NCBI RefSeq assembly: GCF_030936135.1 | Contig: NC_082627.1 | Span: 269,172 to 333,171 of the forward strand | DNA length: 64,000 bases | Reading direction: 5' to 3' | DNA from: Gavia stellata | Lineage: Eukaryota | Part shown: positions 1-12,526 of the stretch, one piece after another | Layout of the letters: each line of letters opens with the position of its first letter | Position numbering within the stretch: position 1 is the first letter of the stretch | The notes under the pieces: model-generated | What the model saw: the letters and a program-made list of their open reading frames with translations, nothing else | Told to the model about the DNA's origin: nothing | The model's database searches: none | Translations under genes and position numbers: made by a program

Positions 1-1248
1 TTCCAAAACCTCCAGCACTTACCAAAGCTAAAGCCCACTCCAGCTTTGCTTATGTGTACATTTTGAGCAGGTTTACTAGAATGCGATCTCCATCCGTGCC
101 CTGCAATGGTTTGCAGCATCTGCTAAAGAAAAAAAAGAACATGAGGTGCAAGATCTTTGCAGCTCGAGTCTCATAACGCTACTAGCCTGACTGCAGCACA
201 ACTGCATGATGAAGTGTGAAGAACGCGTGCAACAATAGATATCGACACTGAAAAAAAGTCTTTTCAGAGAATACTGAAAACATCTATAAGGTTAAAAGGT
301 GAAGAAATGCAAGAAGACCACTGCTGGGCATGGAAGTGCTGGATATGGAAGTGTTAAGTGAGTATATTAATAGTTCAGGGTTGTATTTTCCTGTAGCCAA
401 TATATTACTCTTTTATAGTTTTCACAAGCCACAGCCATTGCAAAATGCTATGTTGCTTTCTTACCTAAGTTTTACCTTCTTCCCTAACTGCTACCACCAT
501 TATAGAGAAAAACAAACCAATCGAACAATACCAACAAACATCTAGAAAGACCTCAATCCTCCCAAATGTTTTATACCTTATTTTATCTGGAAACAGACAA
601 GAAGAAGATGAGGTTGAGAAAAAGCCAGGTGATTGTAATCACTTCTTTTTATTTTTTTTTTTAAGGATGATCCGGTCACATATAGCTTTGCCACCAAAAA
701 GTTTTGTCTAAACTAGAAAAAGTTCTGAATTCAAAATAATGCTAAAGGTGATACCCTACATGAAAGAAGCTGTCAAGTTTATGCTAGAGAACTGAAATCT
801 ATCGTGGTTTTCATACCTGAGTGGCATGCAAGGTCAACACCAAAGGTGACTCTGAAAACACCCAACACTCCCCCCAACAAGTGGAAATACGAATTGGACG
901 GGGGGTTCATACCCGGTGGTGGCACAACGGGGTGACAAAGAACCACGGTTCACAACATGTAAGGATTTGGGTGACCACCTGCCTGCTCCATCAACCTCCT
1001 TCTGTCTGACTCGGTAGATTCAGTGACAAGTCACTGGCAGCCGTGCTCAAACCCAACTCCTCACGCCCCTCCCTTGGAGGATTACACCAGCTCTGGCACC
1101 GTTGGAAACACCACCGCGACAGCGGCGTGGTTGTTGGCGGGGCTGAACTCCTACCACCGGTGCCTCGCCTTCGATCTGCGAGGGGCTGGCTGCCGTCCAG
1201 CGGAGACGCCTTCTCTGACCGCCCGGCCGCGTCCTGCTGGGGGACGTT

Positions 1249-1348
1249 GCCCGAGGGAAGGACGGGTGTGGCTGCCCGAGGGAAGGACGGGTGTGGCTGC
1301 CCGAGGGAAGGACGCGGCTGCCCGAGGGAAGGACAGATGTGGCTGCCC
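1249..1348. repeat. 25-bp GC-rich minisatellite, 4 tandem copies (gcccgagggaaggacgggtgtggct)
   Basis: Direct reading: 4 consecutive near-identical 25-mers at 1249, 1274, 1299, 1324. Confidence 0.85.
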
Positions 1349-1559
1349 GGCCGCCCCGACCCAGCGCCCTTCACCTTTCCCCTACTTCAGGAGCGGCTCT
1401 GGAAATGGGTAGAGCAGGAAAAGGGCCGGTGTAAACAGGGTTCTGCCTGAGCTGTGCACCCTTCACGCTGTCTGGCGGGAGGTTATCAGCGGCTGGGTAA
1501 CTTCTCGCGTAAGGAATACTTTTAATTCCTAAGGGGAAGGTCAGTACTTCAGAAAGCCA

Positions 1560-2110
1560 CTTTTACCGACCACCGTTAAAAAACGCCACCGGCAGCGCAG
1601 CCAGCTACGCGTCGGGAAGGGCAACCAGGAGGCCGTGAGGGGCCGCCTCGGGGCCTGGCGGCGGGCGCCATGGCGGCCCGAGAGCCCCCGGGTCGGGGCT
1701 GGCGGCGCCCACCCGGGCCCCGGCGCCGACCGCCGCCGCACGGCCCCCCCCCCGCCCTCAAGCCGGCGGTTACGGCGGGCGGCGGCCGGGCTGGCCCCGA
1801 GGCCTCCGGCCCTTCGCCCCCCGGCGCTCCCCGGCCCGCCCCGCCCCGTCCCCCCGCGCCGCCGCGGCCCGGCCCGGCCGCTCACCCGGCTGGCTCTGAA
1901 GGCGGACATCTTGGCGAGGGCGGCCGCGGAGGCTGCCGGCAGTGCCCGGCCGGGCGGGTCAGGTCGGGGCGGGCGCCGGGGGGCGGCGCCGGGGGAGGCC
2001 TGCGGGGCCCGGGCCTGCCCGCCCCGGCGCGGGTGGGCTCTCCCCCCGCGAAGCCAGGCCGGCGGCGGCGGCGGCGTTTATGCCCTTCGCCACTTGGCTT
2101 GAAGTAAGGC
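1560..2110. promoter_or_regulatory. CpG island (about 80% GC, dense CpG); candidate promoter/first exon of an unidentified gene
   Basis: Extreme GC and CpG density flanked by AT-rich DNA. Minus-strand ATG at 1907-1909 (gccaagATGt, -3 A) is followed 24 nt later by a GTGAGC donor-like site. Plus-strand gcgccATGG sits at 1670. Neither ORF is recognisable; both are low-complexity P/G/R. Confidence 0.5.
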
Positions 2111-5100
2111 TTGCAAGGGAAATAGCCACTTTCATTTCTCCGTGAGCAACCTTCTCCGGGTGAAGTGTCTAACGGAATTGCTGAAGTACGAAGCTGCTTT
2201 CTGAAAGCCGGATTTCGGGTAGCGTTTCATTTTGAGTAACGCTTCAAAGTAAGTTGTGCCTAATGTTTTTAGCACCGCTACTGCCTTGGCGCGTTTGATT
2301 CTCCAGTGCTTGGTTTGTTGCTGACAGCTACGGCTGTTGATTTCGTACTTAAGGCAGAAGAAATGCTTCAGTAGGTAGCTAGCCGCCTAAGAGTTAATTT
2401 TTGGCACACATATCAGCAGATTAAAAAAAAGCTGATTGTAATCTCGCACAGGCTTTGTACCAGCATGACTCCAGGCCTTTACCGACTGTTGTGACTGCTG
2501 ATCTTTCCCTCCCATACCCCTAGATTTTTTCTCCCTGTACTTTAAGGGCAGTTGAGTAAAAGGTAATTTGTAACATTATGTTATTCAGATATTTCATGAA
2601 GATTTTCACATGTTCTTCCAGTTTTAAATTGAGTCTCAAATACATGTGATTGTGTGGCTTTGAGGCTTTTAAATATCAGCTCTCAAGCCTGCGTTCTGTG
2701 CACCACTTTATATAGGGTTTTGCTCCATAGGTTGTGTTTCTGACTACAGTGCAGAATTCCCGAGCAGCCCGCTTCTATTCATGTAATTCTTTATCTCTTA
2801 TTTGTGTAGTTACTGCATACTGTGTATCTCAGTATTCCTCAGTTGATTTATCATCAGAACAGCCCTGTGATATAGAGAAATATATTCATCCCATTTTACC
2901 AATAAAGGTTTTAACAGTTTTGGGGTTTTTTTGATGAGCAGGACTGCTTTTACTGTGAGTAAAACTAAGATTACACCCACAACACAGTTCTAGAGGTAGG
3001 AGGTAGGAGGGTTCAGTATCGGTATGGAAAAGTAATGGCACAGGCAATATACACTCTCCTGGGTAATAAACAACTGCAGCTGACTGAGTTGGGTGCCTGT
3101 ATGAAGGCCTGTAAGGATGCCATATGCTAAGGATCTTTACTAGTTGCTGCAAGGGATTTAGGTACAACAGGGGCAGAATTGGGACGTTATTTCTAGGTGC
3201 CTTCAAGCTTCGGATCCATAACCCTTTGGTAAGTAACAAGCTCCTATAATTTGCGACCAAGGCATGACCTGGTATGGAGGGCGAGCAGGTCCAGCTGCGG
3301 AAGGGCTTCAACTGGCTGGAAGCAGGAATGCCAGCGTGAAGGTTCCCTTGGTGATGAGATAAGAAGCATCCTGGTCTTGCAGCCAAACCGGAATACAAGG
3401 GAGCTCAGGGGCCATCCCTGAGTGGGCTGGGGATGGACCCCAGGCCGGGCTGAGGCCCCGTGCCAATGCTCACAGGGTGGGCGCTGGTCCCAGCACCTGT
3501 AAGGAGTCGGCTCCTGCCCTGTCCGTGCAGACTCCTTGCAGAACCGCTTATGGGGGTAGGACTCTGCCTCATGCAGTGCTCATGGTTTTATTTTTTTATA
3601 TATATATTCAAGCACAAACATGTGTTTAATTCACCTCAAGGGGTATGATAAAAAATCCTGAGCACTGCTAAGGTTTCGGGAAGAGAGTGATATGAACAAT
3701 AGCAAGGTTATCTGTCAACGCCTGAACCACTTGAACCTTGAGTTCCAAAGTTGTTTGCCTAAGAAATGACAACAGAAGTTTCTGTTAGGCGCATCTAGCA
3801 TTTTTAGCCTTTCTTACAGAAGAAGGAAATACAGCATTGCTCTTTCCTTTTTATCTTCTCAAACTCTTTTGTAATATCTCTAATATTCCTTACTTATTCC
3901 TCTGTTTACTTTTACTGCAGTATAAATTATAAACTGGGCAGTCCCTTGCATTGTTGGACTAGAATCCTCTCTTTTACACTAACCACCAGAATACCTGATG
4001 CTTGTTGCTGAAATGTATAAATCAGCAAGCAAACACAATAAGAATACTACATCAGAAAATATATTTCATACCTTAAAGTGAGCAATTCTGATCTAAGCAG
4101 AAGCTATTTTTTTAGTAGTGCTATGTTTTTAGTAGTAGTTATAAAGTAGTTACAAAGTAGAACTATTTTTTTAGTAGTAATTATAAATGTTTTACTGTTT
4201 GGGTTTTTTTAATTATTAGGAACAACCTGTAGTCTAGCATTTGCTAATGAACCATTATTTTAGAAATGGAAAGCAACTTGTATGTTACGCAGGGATTGAT
4301 GTAGTGCAAGTTACGGAAGTTACTGCCTTGAAAGAACATTTTAAAATTCAATGAAAATATTTCCAGGTATATTTTTAGCTTGTTTGATTCCTGGGTATCA
4401 CAAACATTACTTCATTTCAAATTTTCAATCTTTTTTTAATTATAAAGCCATATGTGCTCAAAGTCTTGGAGGCTTTTAATTTGTCACATCAAGTACTATT
4501 TTTTAATGCCATAAAAAGGCACAGAGTTACATTTCTATGACTGTCTAACATGAATTATAAAGAACAAGAAGGGACAGATATGCAGAGCTTGAGAACAACT
4601 AAAAAACATTCGGTTGCATCTGGTAATAATTTTGGCTTGTATGGCTTTCTGAAGACAAAGAAGGTCAGTGCATGGCTTGGAAGATAGCTTCTGCATCATG
4701 CCTTAGAAGAAACATCACCTGTCCTGACTTTTTTCAAAGTATAATGAAATCTGGCTTAGGGTTTTTCAGGACCAGCTACTTTAAGGAACAAGTGCTTACT
4801 TAGACAACTGTGGCTTTAACTTGTGTGAAACATAACCAAGTTAATTATTCAAAGAAATACAGCATGGTAAGGGCTATCTCTGTGTGAAGGAAACATCCAG
4901 GATGTTTTAGCACAGGATCAGTTCCAGGCATTGTATTGAAATACGCTGATCAGGATGTAAACTGAAGGCTCGGGGAGGACCGTGGGACTGTGCAAACTGG
5001 TGAAGGAGTTGGGGGGAAAGGTTGCGGGGGAAGGGGGGGAGGCAAAGGAAGGAGAGACAGAGAGGGCTGCAAAAGGGACCAGACGTGGGTGAAACAGGGC

Positions 5101-5289
5101 AGTCAGTCCCCTCCTGGGATGAGCCCTACCCCTGATCACCGCAGTCTGTCCTGTCTTCTTCTATCTTCCTATGACATCTCTTTTTACCTGTCTTTTAGAA
5201 CCTTGTCTTAACTATCTCTCTGTGTAATCTCACTCTCTATCGCATGTGCATGTGTGCTGCAAGGACTGAGTGTCAGCTGCTGATGAGAT

Positions 5290-6250
5290 CTGTGTCAGAG
5301 AGTGAAAATCACTGCCAGGTACCGGGGTCAGACCAGGGGTGTGGGTGCCCCTGGGCTGTGCTGTCAGCTACTGGAGTGTTTGGGGTCCCAGTGCAGCTAC
5401 CGGAGCAAGTGGGAGTCTTTAATATGCAGCCACTATGGCAGGAACAGTCTGTGACCCCAAAACCAGCTACTGGGGGGGACCAGCATGAGCGAAGCGAGTG
5501 AGGGGCTCTGCACTGGCAGCTGAAGCAGGACCATGGGTCACAGCCCGTGTGCCTGGTGCTGGCTGCTGGGAGGGGCGAGGGTCTGATTCCCCCCAAATCA
5601 GGGGGTGTGCATGGGGTGTGCGTGGGTTTTCTCCAGCAAACTTCAGGCTGGACCAGCTGGGAGCAGGGGGACCTTGGGTCTGGGCTGGGGTATCAGGTGG
5701 GCAGGGGTCTGTGCTGGTACGTGGGGGGACCCGCGAGTATGGGGTGCCCATGGGATGGGTGTGTGAGTGCTGCGTGTTTGCAGCGAGCACTGAGCTGGAC
5801 CAGCTGGCGAGTCAGGGACCCGTGGAGTGGGTCAGAGGGCTAGGGTCCAGGCAGGGGTCCTGGGCAGCAGAGGGGCCATACTGATGCTCGGGGGACCCAC
5901 GAGTGTGTGTGTGCTCGTGAACCCTGAGTGTGTGTTTGTGCCTGCATGAGTGACCATCTGTCTTTGCCAGCTCCAGAAGAGGAGGGGACGTGTCTGTGGG
6001 TGCAGGTGTGTGATGGGGGTCCTGTGCATGGGTGCTGCTGGCTGCAGAGTCTTGGCTGTGGCAGGCTGTGTGACCACCTGTGTCTGTACATGTGTGTCTC
6101 TGGGACACCGTGCTCACCTTCACTGCTGGTTGAACCTCCCAAGGGGAAAGCAGCAGCTCTGTCCCTCATTCTGGGCAGAGACCCTGGGTCCCCCAGGGGG
6201 TCCTGGGCTGGAGTTGCTGGAGGCAGTAGCAGCTTCTGACATCCCTTGAC
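5290..6250 (+). repeat. Copy A of a ~1 kb low-copy duplicated segment (partner at 22650-24010)
   Basis: Long collinear blocks shared with 22650-24010, e.g. ccaaaaccagctac, the gagtgaggggctc...ccatgggtcac...ccgtgtgcctggtgctggctgctggg block, and the terminal ctgacatccctt motif. Matching spurious ORFs occur in both copies (5498..5884 vs 23229..23498). Confidence 0.8.
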
Positions 6251-6999
6251 ATCCCACTCTGCTGTCCCACTTGCACAACTCCCTCACCTCTACCTGAGGG
6301 CCCAGACCCAGCTCCCACAGGGGAGGATCATCTCCTCCACAGCACCAGCCTTGCTTAGCCACTTGCTTTCCTGAGCAGAGTTTCTTGACCCCTTTGCACC
6401 GTGCTGCAATGTTGAATGAAATACATACATGCTCTTCTTTGGGCATCAGCAGAGAGTGAAGCAGCATGGACAGACCTGCAGTGAACAGCCCTCTGCATCA
6501 GCTCCTTCCCCAAGATGGGGAAGGGCCAAGGTGGCATAGAGGTGACAGCAGTGATTCCAAGCCCAGGAGCCCCTCTTTCCTGTCCCGTGTCCCCACCACT
6601 ACCCCCCCTGCCTTCGGAAACCGGGGCACCAAGGCACCTCAGGGGAGAGCACTTGCCCGGCCCCTTCCCTGCTCCTACTGCTGCAGTCGGGGACAGATGT
6701 GACACACACAGAAGCCTTGCGCTCGGTGGCAGAGGCAGTGCAGGAGGAGGGATTTGCTCCGCTCTGTTGACCCACCTGTGGTGGCAGAGACACCAAAGGG
6801 GCAGCGCTCTGTGGTGCAGCCCTGTGCCAGGACCAGTCCCCAGCTGAGAAGCAATCCCAACTTCCCCCATCCCAGCCTGCAGCCTCGCAGGAGGCTTCAA
6901 ATGCTGCTTTCCAAATGGCCTGCCCCCCAGCATGTACTGGTGCACAGGGTTATACCACCCCAGGTGCTGGACTTTGCACTTTGGGACTTTGCAAACATA

Positions 7000-7200
7000 A
7001 GAAAAAACATTTTTTTACCGTGAGTGTGATCAAGCGTCAGACCTGGCTGCCCAGAGAAGTTGTGGATTCTCAATCCTTGGAGATATTCAAAACCTGGTGA
7101 GACATAACCTAGATGACTTGCTCTAGCTGACCCTGTTTGAGCAGGGGATTTGGTCCCATCCCAGCCCAGCTATTCTGTGATTTTGTGTTTCTGTGAATCC
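7000..7200 (+). mobile_element. CR1 LINE 3' terminal fragment
   Basis: Translation ...RQTWLPREVVDSQSLEIFKTW* matches the CR1 ORF2 C-terminus ([17 protein letters not shown]). It is followed by ctagatgacttgctctag and attctgtgatttt, which match the CR1 3' tail and octamer motif. Confidence 0.7.
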
Positions 7201-9229
7201 TGCCCGGGGATTAAAAGGAATCCCACGTTAAAAGGAATGTAGTTTTGAAATTTGTCTGTCAGAGTCCCAGGACTTTCACTGGTTCGTTTATCAGAGCCCC
7301 AGCGAAAGGACTTGCACTGAGCAGATGCACAAAAATCGAAATTAGTTATTTTATTGAAAGCGACAGAACAGATTCGAGATTGCCGTTGATAAATTCACTA
7401 ACTACAATAGTGCTACTAATTAAGGTTAATATTGCTAGCAAACTTGATAGCAATACAAGAACCCCGGGATAACTTTCACCCAGAGAGTGAGAGGCACAGC
7501 GCTTACCCAGAGAGGTGTCCCTGCCTGGGGTGGAGGAAGAGAACGCAGCCCGTCGACTGGTCCGTCAGGCGTCGAGGTTCTTCTCTCCCACTTTAACAAT
7601 CATTTTCTCCGTCTTTTATCCCCAAAACTACGAGGTTCCCCCCCCCCCCCCCATATATGACATGTAGCTTGATTTGGGTGGAGAGACCAGTGCTATAGTT
7701 ATATATGTTTAGCATGATCTCTATAATCTTCATTAGCATATGCAGGGGTGTGAGTTGTAATATGCATTTCACCGGTAATGAGGCAAAGGTCAGTTATTGG
7801 ACACGAAGCCTTTCGAAGAAACAAAGAACCCCTCACATTCCTGTTATTTTACTGTCTTTGCTGACCACAGGCAGGGCTGTCCTGCTTCCACAGGGCCCCC
7901 TCCTTATCTGCATCCTGTGTTAGCCAGGCAAGTCTCCGCTCCCCGGGGTCGAACAAGAGATAGCAAGGTCAGTCTTAATGGTTCTTTGTGCACAGGAATC
8001 CCACCTCATTATCCAAATTCCACAGCTGCCAACATGATGCGCTCCTGCCTGCATGAGTGTGTCACAGAGAATTGCTGTGTCTTTCTGCACGTGTGCCCGC
8101 AGCCTTGGCTCCCAGGTACAGCTGCACTGATGGGGTCTGTGCTGCCCACAGCAGAGCCTATGGGAAACAGAGATGGGAAGATGGGAAGATGGACCTCTTA
8201 ACTGAGAGAACACTTTCTTCTCGGTTGGGTTTTGAAGCTTCCTTGGGCAAAGGGATCCCAAGAGAGTGTCCCCACAGTGGGGACTGTGACAAAGAAGCAT
8301 GGCTCAGAGTGCACAGTCCAGCAAGAGGCACTGCCTGGAAACACCTAGGTGTGTGTTTGGAGATGGCTAACTGTAGCCATGCCCAGGTAGCCAGGGGTCA
8401 CACAGATCAGCCGACAGAGGACTGTGGCAGTAGTGGAAGAAAATGGCAGGGGCACTTTCTCTTTGAGCATTTCCATGGGTCTTTTCACTCCTGTCAGTGG
8501 CATGTTTCTGAGATACACCTCTGGACTGTCCCAGTCGTTGTGCTCCATTTCACCCTGTGGAGCAGCCTCAGAGGGTGGGAACTGGGTTCCTCTTCAATGA
8601 GCTGGCCCCAGAAGTTGTGCTCTGGGAGCACAACTAACGTGCTCCAGCTGTCTGTAGGCTTCCAGTCCATCGCACAAGGCCAAAAGTAAGCCAAAAGGAA
8701 AGCAACCCAAAATGTCCCAAAAGTGAACATCATCCCCTCTACCTCAGCAATTTTGTTCCATGTATCCAACATCCTGGCTCTTCACTGCTGGCAAATTTGG
8801 ACATGGCCTTTCAGCAGACCCATGTCGTCAATAATTCCTGCTGGTTCTTATCCCCAACCATCCTTCCTGCTGCTTTGGGCCCATCATGGTGGAGCCAAGG
8901 AATGGGAATTTCTGGCCATTTTGTTTTGTCCAGTCATTTCAGTGTGTATGCTAGTGGTCACACTGCTGTAAGGGGAGAAATAGCGCTGGATGCTGCTGAC
9001 TAGACAACTCAAGTGCTGTGGGTATGCCCCACACAGCCCTGATATCCACATGCAGATTTCAGAGATGACACATGGCCTATATTGAGCCCTGAAATTTGGG
9101 ATGGCAGCTGGAGGCCAAGAAGGCTTGGGATAAGAGGACTGATGGGAGAGGGAGTGTTAACAGCACATGAAAATCCCTAGGGAGCCCCAGGTCCCTCACT
9201 GCAGTCTCTCCAGCCGGCAGGAGGGATGC

Positions 9230-9400
9230 TTCAGCCCCTCGAACAGCAGCCACACCCCAGCATCTCCAATGTTGTTATCACCCATGTCCAGCTCCTGCAG
9301 ACTCAGGCTGGTGCTGAGCATGGCAGCCAGGTCCCCAGAGCCAGCACTGGTGATCTGGCAGCACTACAGTCTGCTGGGGGGGCACACAAAGAGGAGCTGG
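9230..9400 (-). pseudogene. LRR exon (about 57 codons) of the NLRP3-like gene
   Basis: The minus strand reads CCQITSAGSGDLAAMLSTSLSLQELDMGDNNIGDAGVWLLFEGLKHPSCRLERLQ, preceded by a ...ctgtag acceptor and followed by a gtgagg donor. This is the ribonuclease-inhibitor-type LRR pair typical of NLRP LRR exons. The ORF track shows it only out of frame. Confidence 0.6.
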
Positions 9401-10130
9401 GAGATTGTCACAGCCACCAAGAGACAGATTCACCCCGCCCACCAGCCTTCCCAGTTCAGTCCCACTAGTCCCTGACCCGGAGCTTCCCCAGTCACTGGGC
9501 ACCTCCCAAGGCTACAGACAAGAAATGGGAATTTCTGAGCACTTTACTTTGTTCACAAAGTCACCTCAGTGTGCACACTAGTCATCCCACCACCGTAGCG
9601 GAATTGTGCAGCTGCATGCCCATGACTCGGCAAAGCACTCTAGAGCCACAGGCGGTGCCCTACATGGCTCAAACATCCAGGCAGAGCTGGCAGAGACAAC
9701 ACAGAGCCTGCACAAGAGCTCCGACATTCGGCACAGCAGCCAGGGTGGCAATAGCAAGGACTGAGAGGGAGCCAAGTGGCCCAGCCCAGGATGACTTGGC
9801 CCTGGCAGAAGAGGGTCTTCTAAAAGAATGTGTCCTGCCCTCTTCTGTTGCCCACTCATGTGGGACTGAACACCCCAGATTCAGCAGACACCAGGGCTGG
9901 GAAAGAGGTGCCTGGAGGGGCACCACTTTCACACACTTCTCTTGCTTTCCGGGCAGGCAGGCAGGGAGCACGGGGTGAGCAGGGACCCAGCGCTGCAGGC
10001 TCACCTCGAAGGCAGCCTCTCTCCACCCCTGCAGGCAGCAGCTGCCAAGCCCCAGTCCCAGCCCAGATCCCATCAAGGGCTGCCCACGAGGCAGCCAGGG
10101 AAATGCCCCAAGGGGCCCCTGTCTCTCACC

Positions 10131-10300
10131 CCATGATCTCCAGCCGGCAGGTGGGTTGCTTCAGCCCCTCACACAGCAGCTGCAGTCCAGGGTCTCCAAA
10201 ATCATTATCACCGAGGTCCAGGTCCTGCAGACTCAGTCTGGTGCTGAATGCAGTGGCCAGGTCCCCACAGCCAGTCCTGGTCAGCTGGCAATATTGCAAC
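10131..10300 (-). pseudogene. LRR exon (about 57 codons) of the NLRP3-like gene
   Basis: ORF 10126..10479(-) contains YRLQYCQLTRTGCGDLATAFSTRLSLQDLDLGDNDFGDPGLQLLCEGLKQPTCRLEIMG, flanked by a cccctacag acceptor and a gtgaga donor. It is strongly NLRP3-LRR-like (compare ...[22 protein letters not shown].L). My hand count gives 170 nt rather than the expected 171, so there may be a 1-nt lesion or a counting error. Confidence 0.65.
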
Positions 10301-10639
10301 CTGTAGGGGAGACACACGAAAAGGAGCCACAAGACCATCACAGGCACCAGCACAGATGTAACCACCCAGCAGCCTCTCAACAGGCCTATGCCCACATGCC
10401 ACGGCCAGAAACCCTGCCCACACTCATGGGATCCAGTGATTGTCCAAGGTCTTGGTGCTGGAGCCACTGCTTGCTCCAAGCCAAGCCCTCAGCCTCCTCT
10501 GAGCCCATTTCTTCTGAGAAGAGAACTAATGGCTCTTTTCAGCAATGCACAATGGAAGGATAAGAGGCAACAGCCATGAGTTCCAACAGAGGAAACTAAT
10601 TAGACTTTAGATCTCTCCGTTCCCTGCTCCCCCACCATG

Positions 10640-10810
10640 AGTGTGGTCAACAATGGAACAGGACTCCAGGGAGGCTGTGGGATCCTCATCCTTGGAAACA
10701 TTCCTAACCCAGTTGGACAAAACTGTGAACAACTGAATCTACAGCAGCCCAGCTTTGAACATGAAGAAGTGCTAGATGACCTCTAGAAGTCCCCTCCTAC
10801 CTAAAGTACT
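10640..10810 (+). mobile_element. CR1 LINE 3' terminal fragment
   Basis: Reads ...SLETFLTQLDKTVNN... then gtgctagatgacctctagaagtcccc, the typical CR1 ORF2 tail and 3' UTR. Confidence 0.6.
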
Positions 10811-11492
10811 TTATGATTCTGGAACTGGGCAAGACCCTGCTCATTAACTGCCCTTCTGCAAATGACTGGAGCCATGGAGAGTCTGGAAAACAGGCCTATG
10901 GAGACATTCCTACAATCCTTCAGACCCTGCCTGCATTCAGGACATACACGTAAGGATGCACACCTTCAGCTGAAAATGCAGCAACACTAACTCCCCCTTT
11001 GCCAACACAATCCCTACTGCTGGACTTGCTCATTCATGGCAGGATTGTGAAATCTCGAGGAAAAGGCTGATGTAAAGATCTCCACTAGTCTCTTCAGGAC
11101 TTCCTTCTGCTGCCCAGCTGCTCTCCTCCTGCTTGGAAGGTAGAGCAGGCAAGATCACTTTAATTGCCCAGCCCACCTGGCTATGTTTCAGGGTCCATTT
11201 CTTCCCACATTAGCTCCGTGCAACCACCCCAGCTTCAGCCATGTCGCTCGCATGTCCCAGTACAATGGTGAGGACCTCAAGCTTAGCAGCACTTTCACCC
11301 ACCTCATGATCTTGAAAAAGATGCCTTCCCTTTCAGGAGTTCATCCCCTCTCTCAGCTCGCCTCTCTCGTGAGTGCCGTTTGGGAGACACCACTTCCATC
11401 TCCACATCCCAGTTGGCAGCAGCAGCTGCCCAGCCCCAGCCCCATTGAGTGCTGCTCAGGAAAATACCCCAAGGAGCTCCCGGATCTCTCAC

Positions 11493-11559
11493 TGCAGTCT
11501 CTCCATCCAGCAGGCTGGATGCTTCAGCCCCTTGCACAGCAGCTGCACTCCCCAGCATT
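11493..11559 (-). pseudogene. 3' half of an NLRP-like LRR exon, cut off from its 5' half by a CR1 insertion
   Basis: The minus strand reads (G)KCWGVQLLCKGLKHPACWMERLQ followed by a gtgaga donor, homologous to the 3' halves of the other two LRR exons. It carries indels relative to them. The CR1 3' end abuts at about 11560-11580. Confidence 0.55.
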
Positions 11560-11579
11560 TCCCACCTGCCTGTCTTGCA

Positions 11580-12442
11580 GGTCACAGAATCATAGAATCA
11601 CAGAATCACTAATGTTGGAAGAGACCTGTAAGATCATCAAGTCCAACCATCAACCAAAAAACACCACCATGCCCATTAAACCATGTCCCACAATGCCACA
11701 TCCACGCGTTCCTTGAATACCTGCAGGGAGGGTGACTCCACCACTTCCCTGGGCAGTTTATTCCAGTGTCTCACCACTCTCTCAGTAAAGAAATTTTTCC
11801 CAATATCCAGTCTGAACCACCCCTGGCGCAACTTGAGGCCATTTCCTCTAGTCCTGTCACTCGTCACTTGGGAGAAGAGGCCAACACCCACCTCTCTGCA
11901 ACCTCCTTTCAGGTAGTTGTAGAGAGCGTTGAGGTCTCCCCTCAGCCTCCTCTTCTCCAGACTGAACAACCCCAGCTCCCTCAGCCGCTCCTCATAAGAC
12001 TTGTGCTCCAGACCCCTCACCAGCTTCGTCGCCCTTCTCTGGACGCGCTCCAGCACCTCAATGTCCTTCTTGTCATGAGGGGCCCAAAACTGAACACAGC
12101 ATTTGAGGTGCGGCCTCACCAGCACCGAGTACAGGGGCACGATCCCCTCCCTACTCCTGCTGGCCACACTATTTCTGATACAGGCCAGGATGCTATTGGC
12201 CTTCTTGGCTAATGGGGCACACTGCTGGCTCATATTCAGCCTGCTGTCAATCAACACCCCCAGGTCCTTTTCTGCGGGGGAGCTTTCCAGCACTCGTCCC
12301 CAAGCCTGTAGCATTGCATGGCCTTGTTTTGGCCAAAGTGCAGGACCTGGCACTTGGCCTTGTTGAACCTCATACAATTGGCCTCGGCCCATCGATCCAG
12401 CCTGTCCAGATCCCTCTGCAGAGCCTTCCGACCCTCCAGCAG
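11580..12442 (-). mobile_element. CR1 LINE, 5'-truncated, with RT C-terminal region and 3' UTR, inserted into an NLRP-like LRR exon
   Basis: ORF 11676..12524(-) contains [24 protein letters not shown]...[42 protein letters not shown]...[31 protein letters not shown], which is CR1 ORF2. The 3' end at 11580-11650 shows catagaatcacagaatc...ttggaagagacc in antisense. Confidence 0.9.
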
Positions 12443-12526
12443 GTCGAGCTCCCTCAGGCTCCGGCTTGTGCTGAGCGCGGCGGCCAGGTCTCTGCAGCTG
12501 GGGCTGGTGAGCCACCACCCCCACAG
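12443..12526 (-). pseudogene. 5' half of the same NLRP-like LRR exon, fused in frame to CR1 RT sequence
   Basis: ORF 12251..12805(-) reads ...[24 protein letters not shown] and then runs straight into CR1 [32 protein letters not shown] ctccccacag acceptor lies at about 12527-12536. Confidence 0.6.

Noticed and set aside
1635-2145. Long overlapping ORFs on both strands (155, 145, 122 aa) within the CpG island
   Set aside because: Their composition is P/G/R/A low-complexity of the kind any 80%-GC stretch produces, and they show no recognisable domain. I treated the region as a CpG island or promoter, not as CDS.
8057-8689. 210-aa plus-strand ORF (MCHRELLCLSARV...)
   Set aside because: It has no recognisable motifs and sits in an intronic or intergenic region of the NLRP-like relic. 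The ORF finder allows alternative starts, and ORFs of this length are expected by chance at this GC content.
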